Positions 7,589 to 16,609 of a stretch of DNA of 64,000 bases are shown in pieces. The notes beneath the pieces are model-generated. The model was not told the DNA's origin. It did not search any database and worked only from the letters and a program-made list of their open reading frames with translations. How positions within the stretch are numbered: position 1 is the stretch's first letter; each line of letters starts with the position of its first letter. The position numbers and the translations under genes were made by a program. Origin of the DNA: a virus. The DNA is taken from the IMG/VR virus record IMGVR_UViG_3300032093_011758, positions 1-64,000 of that record; one strand, given 5' to 3'.

Positions 7589-8416
7589 ATGCAAGATTTA
7601 CAATTCTTAAAAGAAGTCCTTTCTGTTCCCACCAAAACATATCAGGAGGAAAGGATGGTTCAATATATTGTTGATTGGTTAAGGAATGAGAAAATTGAAC
7701 ACTACGTTGATGAACACATGAACGTTTATGCCATCAAACAAGAAAAAGAGTCCCAAACAGATTTTTATTTCCCCTGTGTTGTTGCACACACTGACACCGT
7801 CCACAATATTGACACCATCAATATCAGAGAGGAAATGAAACCAAACACCTCAGGCGAGTTGAAATTATCACTCAAGGCTTATAACGATGAAGGTAAACCA
7901 ACCGGGATAGGTGGAGATGATAAATGTGGTGTATTTGCCTGTTTGAAACTACTAAAAGAACTCCCTTATCTAAAAGCCGCGTTTTTTGTATCTGAAGAAA
8001 CAGGTTGTCACGGATCAAGAAAGGCCGATGATAGATTTTTCTCAAATGTTGGTTATGTTATTCAGTTTGATGCACCTGAAAATTGGATGGTGACTGAAAC
8101 TTGTTTTGGAGCTAAGTTATTTGAAAAAGAGAGTGAGTTTTTTGAAAAATGTGACAAAGTTTTGGTGGAAGGTATGAATAATAAACAACAATACATGACA
8201 CATCCTTATACAGATGTATACGCACTCAAAACTAAGTTTGATTTTGCCTGTATTAACTTCTCAATTGGTTATTATGACTACCACACAGAAAATGAATATG
8301 TTGTTGTTGAAGACACTATGAATGGGGTTGAAATGGGTAGAAAAATCATTGAATCTTTGGGATATAAAAAATATTTCAAAACAACAGAAAAATCAGAAAG
8401 ATTTAAATATTGGTAA
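7589..8416 (+). CDS. Zn-dependent peptidase, M20/M28/M42 clan
   Basis: AHTDTV, GGDDKCG, SEETG, QFD, YHT metal-ligand motifs; start moved to ATG 7589. Confidence 0.85.
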   Translation: MQDLQFLKEVLSVPTKTYQEERMVQYIVDWLRNEKIEHYVDEHMNVYAIKQEKESQTDFYFPCVVAHTDTVHNIDTINIREEMKPNTSGELKLSLKAYNDEGKPTGIGGDDKCGVFACLKLLKELPYLKAAFFVSEETGCHGSRKADDRFFSNVGYVIQFDAPENWMVTETCFGAKLFEKESEFFEKCDKVLVEGMNNKQQYMTHPYTDVYALKTKFDFACINFSIGYYDYHTENEYVVVEDTMNGVEMGRKIIESLGYKKYFKTTEKSERFKYW

Positions 8417-8417
8417 T

Positions 8418-8448
8418 AAAAAAAAGGGAAGTTTAACTTCCCTTTTTT
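8418..8448. terminator. bidirectional intrinsic terminator
   Basis: AAAAAGGGAAGT-TTA-ACTTCCCTTTTT between convergent genes. Confidence 0.75.
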
Positions 8449-10454
8449 GTTTTTGTCATTTGTATGGTTTCCCCATCTTCAGTTTTCAAGGTATACTTGA
8501 CACCTTCTTTTACATTTCCTTTTAGAACTTCTTCGGAGATAAAATCCTCAACTTTATCTTGAATTGCTCTCTTTAACGGACGGGCTCCATACATTTCATC
8601 GAAACCTACTTTGGAGATCATTTTCTCAATTGACTCATCAAATGAGATCAAATATTTCATTCCTTCCAATCTCTTATTTAATTTCTGTAATTCAATCGTA
8701 ACGATCTTACTAACATCTTCTTGTTTCAAAGTTCCGAATACAACAATGTCATCAATTCTGTTTAAGAACTCCGGAGAGAAGAATTTTTTAAGTTCTTTCT
8801 GAAGAGTTTCTTTTCTGAGTTCTTCGTTTGCAAATACATTATTTGCATTTGTGAATCCGACACCAGCTCCGAAATCTTGCATTTTCTTCACACCAAGATT
8901 GGAAGTCATAATGATGATACAGTTTTTGAAGTTGATTTTTCTTCCCAAACCATCGGTCATATGACCATCATCCAACACTTGAAGAAGTGATCCGAAGATA
9001 TCTTTGTTCGCCTTTTCAATCTCATCAAATAAGATCACCGAGTAAGGTTTGTTTTTAACTTGTTCAGTTAATTGACCACCCTCATCATATCCCACGTATC
9101 CGGGAGGTGCCCCGATAAGTTTGGATACTGTATGTTTCTCTTGGTATTCGGACATATCAACTCTGATTAGATTGTCTTCACTACCAAACACTTCTTTTGC
9201 AAGTTGTTTTGCTAAGTATGTTTTACCAACACCGGTTGAACCCAAGAAGATGAATGAACCAATAGGTCTGTTAGGATCTTTGATTCCCAATCTATTTCTT
9301 CTGATTGATTTTGCAATTCTTTTAACGGCTTCAGATTGACCAATTACTTTACTATTAAGTAAATTTTCTAAATTTACAAGAGCTTGAGTATCATCAGAAG
9401 TAAGTTTAGAAACTGGGATCTTTGTCATATTTGAAACAACATCATAAACTAGATCAAGTAATACTTCTCTTTTTTTCTCAATCAATTCGTTATCAAACTT
9501 CTTTTTTTCTTCGTCTAATTTAAGAAGAACCTTTCTTTCTTTGTCTCTGAGTTCTGCGGCTTCTTCAAATTTTTGTTTTTTAACAACTTCAATCTTTTGA
9601 AGTTTAATTTCGGCAGCTTTTTGTTTTAATTCTTCAATTACTTCAGGAAGTTTAATATCTACCTGACTTCTTGCTCCAACTTCGTCCAAAATATCAATTG
9701 CTTTGTCCGGAAACTCTCTATCTGTGATATATCTTTCCGCCAAATTCACACAAGCGTTTAAGACCTCTTCGTTAAAACTTACTTTGTGAAAAGTTTCATA
9801 TCTACTTTTAAGATTTCTCAGAATTTCCAATGTTTCTTCTTTAGATGCCCCATCAACAATGACTTTTTGGAATCTTCTTTCAAGAGCACCATCCTTTTCA
9901 AAATTCTTACGATATTCATCCAAAGTAGTTGCTCCAATACATTGAATTTCTCCTCTAGCAAGAGCAGGTTTGAAGATGTTTGATGCATCTAATGATCCTG
10001 AAGAATTACCCGCACCTACGATGGTGTGAATTTCATCAATGAATACAATAATATCAGGGTTGTCTTGAAGCTCCTCAATGATAACTTTCATCCTTTCTTC
10101 AAATTGTCCTCTATATTTTGTTCCCGCAACAATAGAGGTCATATCCAAAGACAGAATTCTTTTGTCAGATAAATTTCTTGGACAGTTCCCTTCATAAATT
10201 CTCATTGCCAATCCTTCAGCGATGGCCGTTTTACCACAACCCGGTTCACCAATAATAATGGGGTTGTTTTTCTTTCTTCTTGATAAGATCTGAGCAATCC
10301 TCAAAATTTCCTTATCTCTCCCAACTACGGGGTCTAATTTACCTTCTTCCGCTAATTTAATTAGATCTCTACTGAAGTTATCTAACGCGGGTGTTTTGGA
10401 GTCAATTGTTTTTTTTGACTCCCTCTTGTTTTCATTATCCATTGATTCTGTCAT
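8433..10454 (-). CDS. clpC: ATP-dependent Clp protease ATPase subunit ClpC-like, lacking the N-terminal domain
   Basis: Two AAA+ modules (GEPGCGKT/FIDE; GSTGVGKT/LFDEIEK), UVR middle domain (FEEAAELRD), GAPPGYVG pore loop, VGF ClpP-docking loop. Confidence 0.92.
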   Translation of the reverse strand: MTESMDNENKRESKKTIDSKTPALDNFSRDLIKLAEEGKLDPVVGRDKEILRIAQILSRRKKNNPIIIGEPGCGKTAIAEGLAMRIYEGNCPRNLSDKRILSLDMTSIVAGTKYRGQFEERMKVIIEELQDNPDIIVFIDEIHTIVGAGNSSGSLDASNIFKPALARGEIQCIGATTLDEYRKNFEKDGALERRFQKVIVDGASKEETLEILRNLKSRYETFHKVSFNEEVLNACVNLAERYITDREFPDKAIDILDEVGARSQVDIKLPEVIEELKQKAAEIKLQKIEVVKKQKFEEAAELRDKERKVLLKLDEEKKKFDNELIEKKREVLLDLVYDVVSNMTKIPVSKLTSDDTQALVNLENLLNSKVIGQSEAVKRIAKSIRRNRLGIKDPNRPIGSFIFLGSTGVGKTYLAKQLAKEVFGSEDNLIRVDMSEYQEKHTVSKLIGAPPGYVGYDEGGQLTEQVKNKPYSVILFDEIEKANKDIFGSLLQVLDDGHMTDGLGRKINFKNCIIIMTSNLGVKKMQDFGAGVGFTNANNVFANEELRKETLQKELKKFFSPEFLNRIDDIVVFGTLKQEDVSKIVTIELQKLNKRLEGMKYLISFDESIEKMISKVGFDEMYGARPLKRAIQDKVEDFISEEVLKGNVKEGVKYTLKTEDGETIQMTKTKKGS

Positions 10455-10505
10455 ACAACATTTGTTTTTATTAACGATACAAAATTTATTCTAAAAATAC
10501 AATAT

Positions 10506-10566
10506 TGACAATTTGTCGTTATATAGGACATAATGTCATAGTATTATGATACGGCACAAATTTAGT
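10506..10566 (+). promoter_or_regulatory. two GACA-N3-TGTC palindromes plus sigma54-like -24/-12 element upstream of hsp20
   Basis: TGACAATTTGTCG 10506-10518, GGACATAATGTCA 10526-10538, CGGCACAAATTTAGT 10552-10566. Confidence 0.45.
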
Positions 10567-10615
10567 TGACTTATATGAAAATAAAAAATAAATTTATAAA
10601 AAACAAAAAAAAATT

Positions 10616-11002
10616 ATGAGAAACAGAAATTTTGAAAACTTAATTGACTCTTTCTTCTTCGGATATAATCCGGTAAATGTTAGAACTCGTTTACAAGAAG
10701 TCCCTTCAAATGAGTATGAAGTAAATTACACAAAAGATGGTGCTTACTGCTTTTTTGAAGTACCAGGTTTCAATAAGACTAATCTCAAAGTAGAATTTGA
10801 GAATGGTGTTATTGAAATTGAAGGAAAAAGAAATTATAAAGTTGAAGGTGAAGAAAAAACTAAGACTATTTCTCACAGATTCAGAATTGGTGAGGGATAC
10901 GACTCTTCTCTATTAGAAGCTACAGTTGAGGACGGAATTCTTACACTCTTCGTTCCGAATCTAAAAAAACCGGAACCAAAGAAAAGAATCTCCCTTCTTT
11001 AA
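10616..11002 (+). CDS. Hsp20/alpha-crystallin small heat-shock protein
   Basis: EVPGFNK, IEGKR, ATVEDGILTLFVP motifs and C-terminal IxL motif. Confidence 0.88.
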   Translation: MRNRNFENLIDSFFFGYNPVNVRTRLQEVPSNEYEVNYTKDGAYCFFEVPGFNKTNLKVEFENGVIEIEGKRNYKVEGEEKTKTISHRFRIGEGYDSSLLEATVEDGILTLFVPNLKKPEPKKRISLL

Positions 11003-11006
11003 AATC

Positions 11007-11034
11007 AAAACCCGTCGGATTAGACGGGTTTTTT
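11007..11034. terminator. bidirectional intrinsic terminator
   Basis: AAAACCCGTC-GGATTA-GACGGGTTTT between convergent genes. Confidence 0.75.
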
Positions 11035-11521
11035 AATTTGTGAGTTTATAGATCGGTACAAACCCATAATTTTCATAAAAATGTGGTGTTATAACCCATT
11101 GTTCGGTATCTTCTTCAATTCCTTCGTAAGGATTGTCATATATAACATCTTCAATTTTTTTGAACTCTTCTTCTTCAGTTTCATTATCTATTGTCGGAAT
11201 TTTACTATTACCATAAGAATATTCTAAATGAAATTCAGGGCCGTCTTTTGTTTTCACGAGTTTGGAACTTATGTAAATTATTTCTAAAAACCCTTCACCG
11301 AAACGAGTATCAATTTCAATCCTTAATTTTTTATTATTGAAATCTTTTCGTAACCCCTCAGAAATTATTTCTTTAGTTTTTTCATAACCAAATTCTTCTA
11401 CCATACTTGGAAGTAATTCCTCACAATCAAACCCGGAATATTTACATATTTCCTGTAATCTTGGATTTGGATATCCGCCGTATTTATCAAAAACTTTAAA
11501 AAGAGTTTTAACATTAACCAT
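11033..11521 (-). CDS. hypothetical protein
   Basis: 162-aa ORF, ATAAATA motif 6 nt before start. Confidence 0.7.
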   Translation of the reverse strand: MVNVKTLFKVFDKYGGYPNPRLQEICKYSGFDCEELLPSMVEEFGYEKTKEIISEGLRKDFNNKKLRIEIDTRFGEGFLEIIYISSKLVKTKDGPEFHLEYSYGNSKIPTIDNETEEEEFKKIEDVIYDNPYEGIEEDTEQWVITPHFYENYGFVPIYKLTN

Positions 11522-11575
11522 ACTTAGATAAATATTTATATTTTTAAGATGGGTTATTATTTTTAATAAAAAACT

Positions 11576-11818
11576 ATGGGAATAATAAAAGAAGAAATCA
11601 AAGGTACTAAAATAATAAATGAGATTCAGTCTTCTAATTTAGTCAGAACCGAATATGATACGGAAACAAAAAAAATGTTGGCAGAATTTAAAAATGGAGC
11701 CACATATGAATATGAAGATGTCCCTCATTCTGTTTACACCAAGTTTAGGATGTCGGAATCCCAAGGTAAATTTTTCAACACAGAAATTTCAAAAAAGTTC
11801 AATTATAAAAAAATATAA
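11576..11818 (+). CDS. KTSC domain protein
   Basis: SSNL...YD...EFKNGATYEYEDVP...SESQGKFFN pattern. Confidence 0.85.
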   Translation: MGIIKEEIKGTKIINEIQSSNLVRTEYDTETKKMLAEFKNGATYEYEDVPHSVYTKFRMSESQGKFFNTEISKKFNYKKI

Positions 11819-11889
11819 TTTTTTGTAAAGTCTTTTTTAGGGTTTTGAATATTTATTAATGAAAATAAATCCTAAAAACCTAATGAAAA

Positions 11890-12192
11890 ATGGCTAGAGC
11901 TAAATCTACAGCTGAAACCGTAGCTGGTGCGGTTAAACCTCCAATTTCCTTCAAAGAATTCTCTAAAGACCCCGTTAAAGGGTTAATGTTCATTTGTATT
12001 ATTGCAGTTGGATACCTTTATGTTGATATTAAAATGTCAAATACAAGTATTCAAGAAAGACAAAATTCAAAAATTGAACTTTTAGAGGGTAAATTAAATC
12101 TTCTAACTGACCAACTTCGTAAGTCAGATAGTACCTCCGCCGCATTGGCATCAAAAATAAACGTATTACAAGAACTTGGAAAAATTAAATAA
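11890..12192 (+). CDS. membrane-anchored coiled-coil protein (i-spanin/holin-accessory candidate)
   Basis: Single TM (LMFICIIAVGYLYV) plus coiled coil; first gene of lysis cassette; TATTTAT at 11850. Confidence 0.5.
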   Translation: MARAKSTAETVAGAVKPPISFKEFSKDPVKGLMFICIIAVGYLYVDIKMSNTSIQERQNSKIELLEGKLNLLTDQLRKSDSTSAALASKINVLQELGKIK

Positions 12193-12193
12193 T

Positions 12194-12529
12194 ATGAAAC
12201 TAATATACACATTATTGTTTTTATTATTAATTGGTTGCGGTTCTGATAAAACAGAAAAAATCGTAGAAAATGAAACAGATACAAAATTTGACTCAATTAT
12301 TAATAAAAGTCAAGAAAATATTACCCTTGTTGCAGGGGCAAGTAGAAAAAGCGATTCAACTATTACAGGGAAAGTCGAAAAAACCGTAAAGAAGATCGCA
12401 AAAATGGAAAAAGAAATAAAACAATTAAAAGAAGAAAATAATGAACTTAAAAAAATACTTTATGATATTGACAATGATCGTGGCCAGCCATATATCATTC
12501 GCACAATATCCGACAACGAAGATTATTAA
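12194..12529 (+). CDS. lipoprotein with coiled coil (o-spanin candidate)
   Basis: MKLIYTLLFLLLIGC lipobox (start moved to 12194). Confidence 0.6.
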   Translation: MKLIYTLLFLLLIGCGSDKTEKIVENETDTKFDSIINKSQENITLVAGASRKSDSTITGKVEKTVKKIAKMEKEIKQLKEENNELKKILYDIDNDRGQPYIIRTISDNEDY

Positions 12530-12872
12530 AGGAGAAGAGGTTGTTATTATGACATCATCTCAAGCAAAGGAGATTGATAACAAATTTTTCCAAATGAAAG
12601 ATAGTATCAAATTAATTAATTTGTCTCTTTTTCAAAATAAAGAAAACTTAAGATTGACAAATGAATCTTTACTTAAAACAAATAGGAATTTGTTAATTAC
12701 TCAAGATTCTTTGAAGCAAAGTTTAATGTTGAACAATGTTTACTACAAAGAAATTGAAAAATATAAAAAGATGGAATTTGAAGATAAGAAAGTTCAACAA
12801 ACTGTAGTTATTGGTGTGGTATCGGCATTAGCCGTATGGTTAACCATTTTTATCACCGGAATAAGTCAATAA
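12441..12872 (+). CDS. secreted coiled-coil protein with C-terminal TM anchor
   Basis: Signal peptide ending SFA/Q, heptad repeats, C-terminal VVIGVVSALAVWLTIFITG. Confidence 0.6.
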   Translation: MNLKKYFMILTMIVASHISFAQYPTTKIIKGEEVVIMTSSQAKEIDNKFFQMKDSIKLINLSLFQNKENLRLTNESLLKTNRNLLITQDSLKQSLMLNNVYYKEIEKYKKMEFEDKKVQQTVVIGVVSALAVWLTIFITGISQ

Positions 12873-12896
12873 AAAATAAAAAAAAATCCGTATCCT

Positions 12897-13172
12897 ATGA
12901 AAAAATTCTTTTACAATCTATTTAGAGATGAGAACGACATCAACGAAAAATCTATAGTTGGTTTTGCGTCATTTGTTGTTATGGTTCTTTTCGCAATTAC
13001 CGATTTAGTAACCGGTTACATGGGTAAACCTTTGTTAGTTACCGAGTTTATTTTCAATTCATTTTTGATCTTAACTCTTGGTTCATTTGGTATTGCATCT
13101 GTGGACAAGTATATTGTTCACAAAACCGCAAAAAAACAAGAAGAAGAAACTAGTGAAGAAATCGCTGAGTAA
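12897..13172 (+). CDS. putative holin
   Basis: 91 aa, two TM helices, charged C-tail, directly upstream of endolysin. Confidence 0.6.
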   Translation: MKKFFYNLFRDENDINEKSIVGFASFVVMVLFAITDLVTGYMGKPLLVTEFIFNSFLILTLGSFGIASVDKYIVHKTAKKQEEETSEEIAE

Positions 13173-13196
13173 TAAACAAAAACTAAAAACAAAAAA

Positions 13197-13796
13197 ATGG
13201 ATTTGAACAAATTGAAGGGGCACATCCCTGACGCAGTTATCGGACAGATTCCCGATGTTATGGCTAAATTTAACATAAACACAAGTTTGAGACTTGCTCA
13301 CTTCTTGGCTCAGTGTGGTCACGAAAGTGCCGGATTCAAAGCCGTAAATGAAAACCTCAATTACGGTGCGAAAGGTCTTCTTACCACATTTAAGAAGTAT
13401 TTCCCAACTCAAGCTCTTGCAGAACAATATCAGAGAAATCCTGAGAAGATTGCATCAAGAGTTTATGGTGGAAGAATGGGAAATGGCGGTGAGGAAACAA
13501 AAGAAGGTTATAAATTTCGCGGTAGAGGATATATCCAATTAACAGGTAAGGCTAACTATACTGAATTTGATAAAGTTGTTTCTGAAAACATATTAGAAAA
13601 TCCGGATTTAGTTGCCACGAAATATCCATTACTTTCCGCGGCATGGTTTTGGAGTAAAAACGGATTAAATTCTGTGGCAGACAAAGGAGCTACCGATGCG
13701 GATGTAACCGCAATCACCAAAAGAGTAAATGGCGGAACTATCGGATTACCTGATAGAATTAAACATTTCAAAGAATATTATAGCTTGTTGAAATAA
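13197..13796 (+). CDS. endolysin, glycoside hydrolase family 19
   Basis: AHFLAQCGHES, ENLNY, FRGRGYIQLTGKANY, SAAWFW, TKRVNGG. Confidence 0.93.
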   Translation: MDLNKLKGHIPDAVIGQIPDVMAKFNINTSLRLAHFLAQCGHESAGFKAVNENLNYGAKGLLTTFKKYFPTQALAEQYQRNPEKIASRVYGGRMGNGGEETKEGYKFRGRGYIQLTGKANYTEFDKVVSENILENPDLVATKYPLLSAAWFWSKNGLNSVADKGATDADVTAITKRVNGGTIGLPDRIKHFKEYYSLLK

Positions 13797-13819
13797 CAAT
13801 TTCGGAGTATTTATTTGAT

Positions 13820-14563
13820 ATGGAAAAAAACTCCGAAATAATTAAAAGTTTCAAGATTCAAGATAATTTGAATCCGAAAGTTTGGGGTCCCGATAATCAG
13901 ATCAAATCTGATATTCGGGATTCTCTTTTAGAGATATCATATCAGTTTATTGAGTTCATAGGTGTAGACATGTTTGTTAGCGATGTACATTTTACAGGGT
14001 CTCTTGCAAACTATAATTGGTCAAAATATTCTGATGTTGATCTTCACCTTATAGTTGATTATTCGCAATATCCGGAAGATAAAGTAGAACTATATAAAGA
14101 ATTATTCAATCTTAAAAAGATATTATTCAATACCAAACATAATATTAAAATAAAAGGATTTGATGTTGAGGTTTATGTACAAGATATTGATGAACCTCAT
14201 ACCGCAACGGGTCTTTATTCAATTTTGTATGATGAATGGATTGAAAAACCAAAAAAAGTTTCCGTTAAAATAAACGACGAGAAAATTATTAAGAAAGTAA
14301 ACGAATGGATGCAAACTATTGAATGCGTAATCAAAAACGCATCAAAAAAAGATTTGGATGATGCTAAAGAGTTTATAAAAAAGTATAAGGAAAAACTTAA
14401 AAAATTCAGAAAAAGTGGATTAGATAAAAAAGGAGAATTTTCTGATGAGAATTTAGTTTTCAAAGTTTTAAGAAGGAATGGATATATAGAAAAATTATTT
14501 GATTTTGAAGATAAAATGTTGGATAAATCTTTATCTATGCATGAACTAAAAATGACAAATTAA
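13820..14563 (+). CDS. Pol-beta superfamily nucleotidyltransferase
   Basis: TGSLANY...SDVDLH (GS, DxD) and third acidic residue in DVEVY. Confidence 0.75.
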   Translation: MEKNSEIIKSFKIQDNLNPKVWGPDNQIKSDIRDSLLEISYQFIEFIGVDMFVSDVHFTGSLANYNWSKYSDVDLHLIVDYSQYPEDKVELYKELFNLKKILFNTKHNIKIKGFDVEVYVQDIDEPHTATGLYSILYDEWIEKPKKVSVKINDEKIIKKVNEWMQTIECVIKNASKKDLDDAKEFIKKYKEKLKKFRKSGLDKKGEFSDENLVFKVLRRNGYIEKLFDFEDKMLDKSLSMHELKMTN

Positions 14564-14596
14564 TATATTGATATATTTATATAGAAATATTTCGTT

Positions 14597-14782
14597 ATGC
14601 CAACAACAATAAGTGCCGGTACATTCACATCAAAAATTTGTTATGAGTGCCCTGATGGTTCAGGGGGTACAATTGTAACCGCAATTGATGCTCCACATCC
14701 GACCTATACAGACGGTCAAAATAATTCAATTATACAACTTGATATGGTTGTAATTGGTGGGCCTAACGGATTAAACAGCTAA
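14597..14782 (+). CDS. small hypothetical (virion?) protein
   Basis: 61-aa ORF with TATTTAT at 14574-14580. Confidence 0.6.
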   Translation: MPTTISAGTFTSKICYECPDGSGGTIVTAIDAPHPTYTDGQNNSIIQLDMVVIGGPNGLNS

Positions 14783-14801
14783 AAAATTAAATAAAAATAA
14801 C

Positions 14802-16199
14802 ATGGGAGATTTAAAAGCATTAGGTAGTGAAAAATTAGATGGAATGAATAAAATCAAAAGAATCTTGGAAATTTCAAGATATAATGAAAACATTCCAAAT
14901 CCTGTTAATGAAACATCCAAAGATCAGTATAGAATTACTTTAGCAGATGGTAATGAATATCAAATTGTTAAAGAAAAAACAGGTTACATTATTAAAAGAA
15001 CTATTAGTGAATCTGTTGCGGAATATATTGATCCTATGAAACACAGAAAATATTATCCATCTTATTCTCAAGCTTTAAAAAGATTGAATTTGATGGCTAA
15101 AGAAACAAATACTTTATACGAAAATGAAGAAGGTATTTCTTTGTTTGAACAAAAGAAATTTGTTTTGAAAACTCCTAAACCTGCAGCGGCACCACCTCCA
15201 CCGGCTGACGAAGAAGTAGAAAATGTTCCACCTCCACCACCAGCTCCACCTGCGGGAGGATCAACACCTCCACCACCACCTCCACCGGGAGGGGACATGG
15301 GAGGAGCTCCGCCGCCCCCACCGCCTCCTGATGAAGAAATGGGAGGTGAGGCGCCACCTGAAGAAGAGGAAGGAGGAGATCAATCAATGCCGGATGAAGG
15401 TGGAGACGAATCATCACCTGATCAAGAAGAAGTTGTGACTTTTAAAAGTATCCAAAAACTTGTAGGTAGATTAGGTCAAAAACTGAGAACTATAAATTCA
15501 GATGAGGAAAATCAACTTTCTTCAAAAGATGTTAAATACGTTATAAACTCTATTTTATCCGCACTTGAATTAGAAAATCTTGATGAAGACGATAAGGAAC
15601 AAATTATAACCAAAATAGAAGGTGAAGAAGAAGGTAATATAGATGGTGAAGCACCTCCTGAAGAAGAAAATATGGGTATGGGTGATGAGGAAGGTATGGG
15701 TGATGAGGAAGGTATGGGAAATCAACCTGAAGAACCAACGGAAGGTTATCATGAAATGAAAGAAAGTGGTGATTTTTGGGGAAACACTGCGGCTAATATG
15801 GTCTCAAAGAAAATTACTAATAGTTTAACACCTCATGAATTTAAAGAAGAGGATGATGACGTAGATGTAACTCATTTGAAAACAATTGCTGACGGGATGT
15901 TTCTTGAACACAAAGTAGGTGATATTTTGGAAAAATATTTTGTGGAAACAAAATCTGAAAAAAAGTTCAATAAGATTATTAGTGAAAATAGAAGGGAGCA
16001 AAATAATAAAAGAAAAAGTATCTTGAACAATGAAATCAAAAGATTATCCGAATCTGTTTTACAAGAGGTTTCGGCTAGAAGATTAATGGAAAAGTTCCCT
16101 AAACTAAAATTTGTTGGTAAGTCTAATAAGAAAAATTTAGTATTTGAAAATAGTAATCTTAAACAATTTAAAATTACACCAAAAGGACAGGTAATATGA
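14802..16199 (+). CDS. Pro-rich/acidic low-complexity protein (head-assembly region)
   Basis: Poly-Pro and GDEEGM repeats; several I/L/V-x-E motifs. Confidence 0.75.
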   Translation: MGDLKALGSEKLDGMNKIKRILEISRYNENIPNPVNETSKDQYRITLADGNEYQIVKEKTGYIIKRTISESVAEYIDPMKHRKYYPSYSQALKRLNLMAKETNTLYENEEGISLFEQKKFVLKTPKPAAAPPPPADEEVENVPPPPPAPPAGGSTPPPPPPPGGDMGGAPPPPPPPDEEMGGEAPPEEEEGGDQSMPDEGGDESSPDQEEVVTFKSIQKLVGRLGQKLRTINSDEENQLSSKDVKYVINSILSALELENLDEDDKEQIITKIEGEEEGNIDGEAPPEEENMGMGDEEGMGDEEGMGNQPEEPTEGYHEMKESGDFWGNTAANMVSKKITNSLTPHEFKEEDDDVDVTHLKTIADGMFLEHKVGDILEKYFVETKSEKKFNKIISENRREQNNKRKSILNNEIKRLSESVLQEVSARRLMEKFPKLKFVGKSNKKNLVFENSNLKQFKITPKGQVI

Positions 16200-16609
16200 A
16201 TTATTTAATATTTGTGAATAGTTTAGGTCCTAATTACAAAGGGGATAACATTTACGAATTTATATTTTCAGATACTACCAAAAATATTTGGGATGAAACG
16301 TGGAATTCTAAACCATCTTCAGGATACCCAAAACCACCTAAATTAGAGTTTATATCTAAGGTAGGGATATTGAAAAACACAAATATTGAACTTGACTTGA
16401 TTCAGAATTCGGATTTTTTTAGTTTTATAGATAGTATGGATGATGTTATATCATTAGCTTGGGAAAAAGAAACTGAAGAAATTGATTTTTCAAATGTAAA
16501 AAGGTTAACATTCAGGTTTGGTCAAACAGAAAAGGAAATCAAAGATAAATTGTATGAGAGAGATTTAATTCTCCAATTTGAAAAAACAGAAGTATATGAA
16601 AACAAATAA
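16196..16609 (+). CDS. hypothetical protein
   Basis: ATGA overlap with upstream gene. Confidence 0.7.
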   Translation: MNYLIFVNSLGPNYKGDNIYEFIFSDTTKNIWDETWNSKPSSGYPKPPKLEFISKVGILKNTNIELDLIQNSDFFSFIDSMDDVISLAWEKETEEIDFSNVKRLTFRFGQTEKEIKDKLYERDLILQFEKTEVYENK

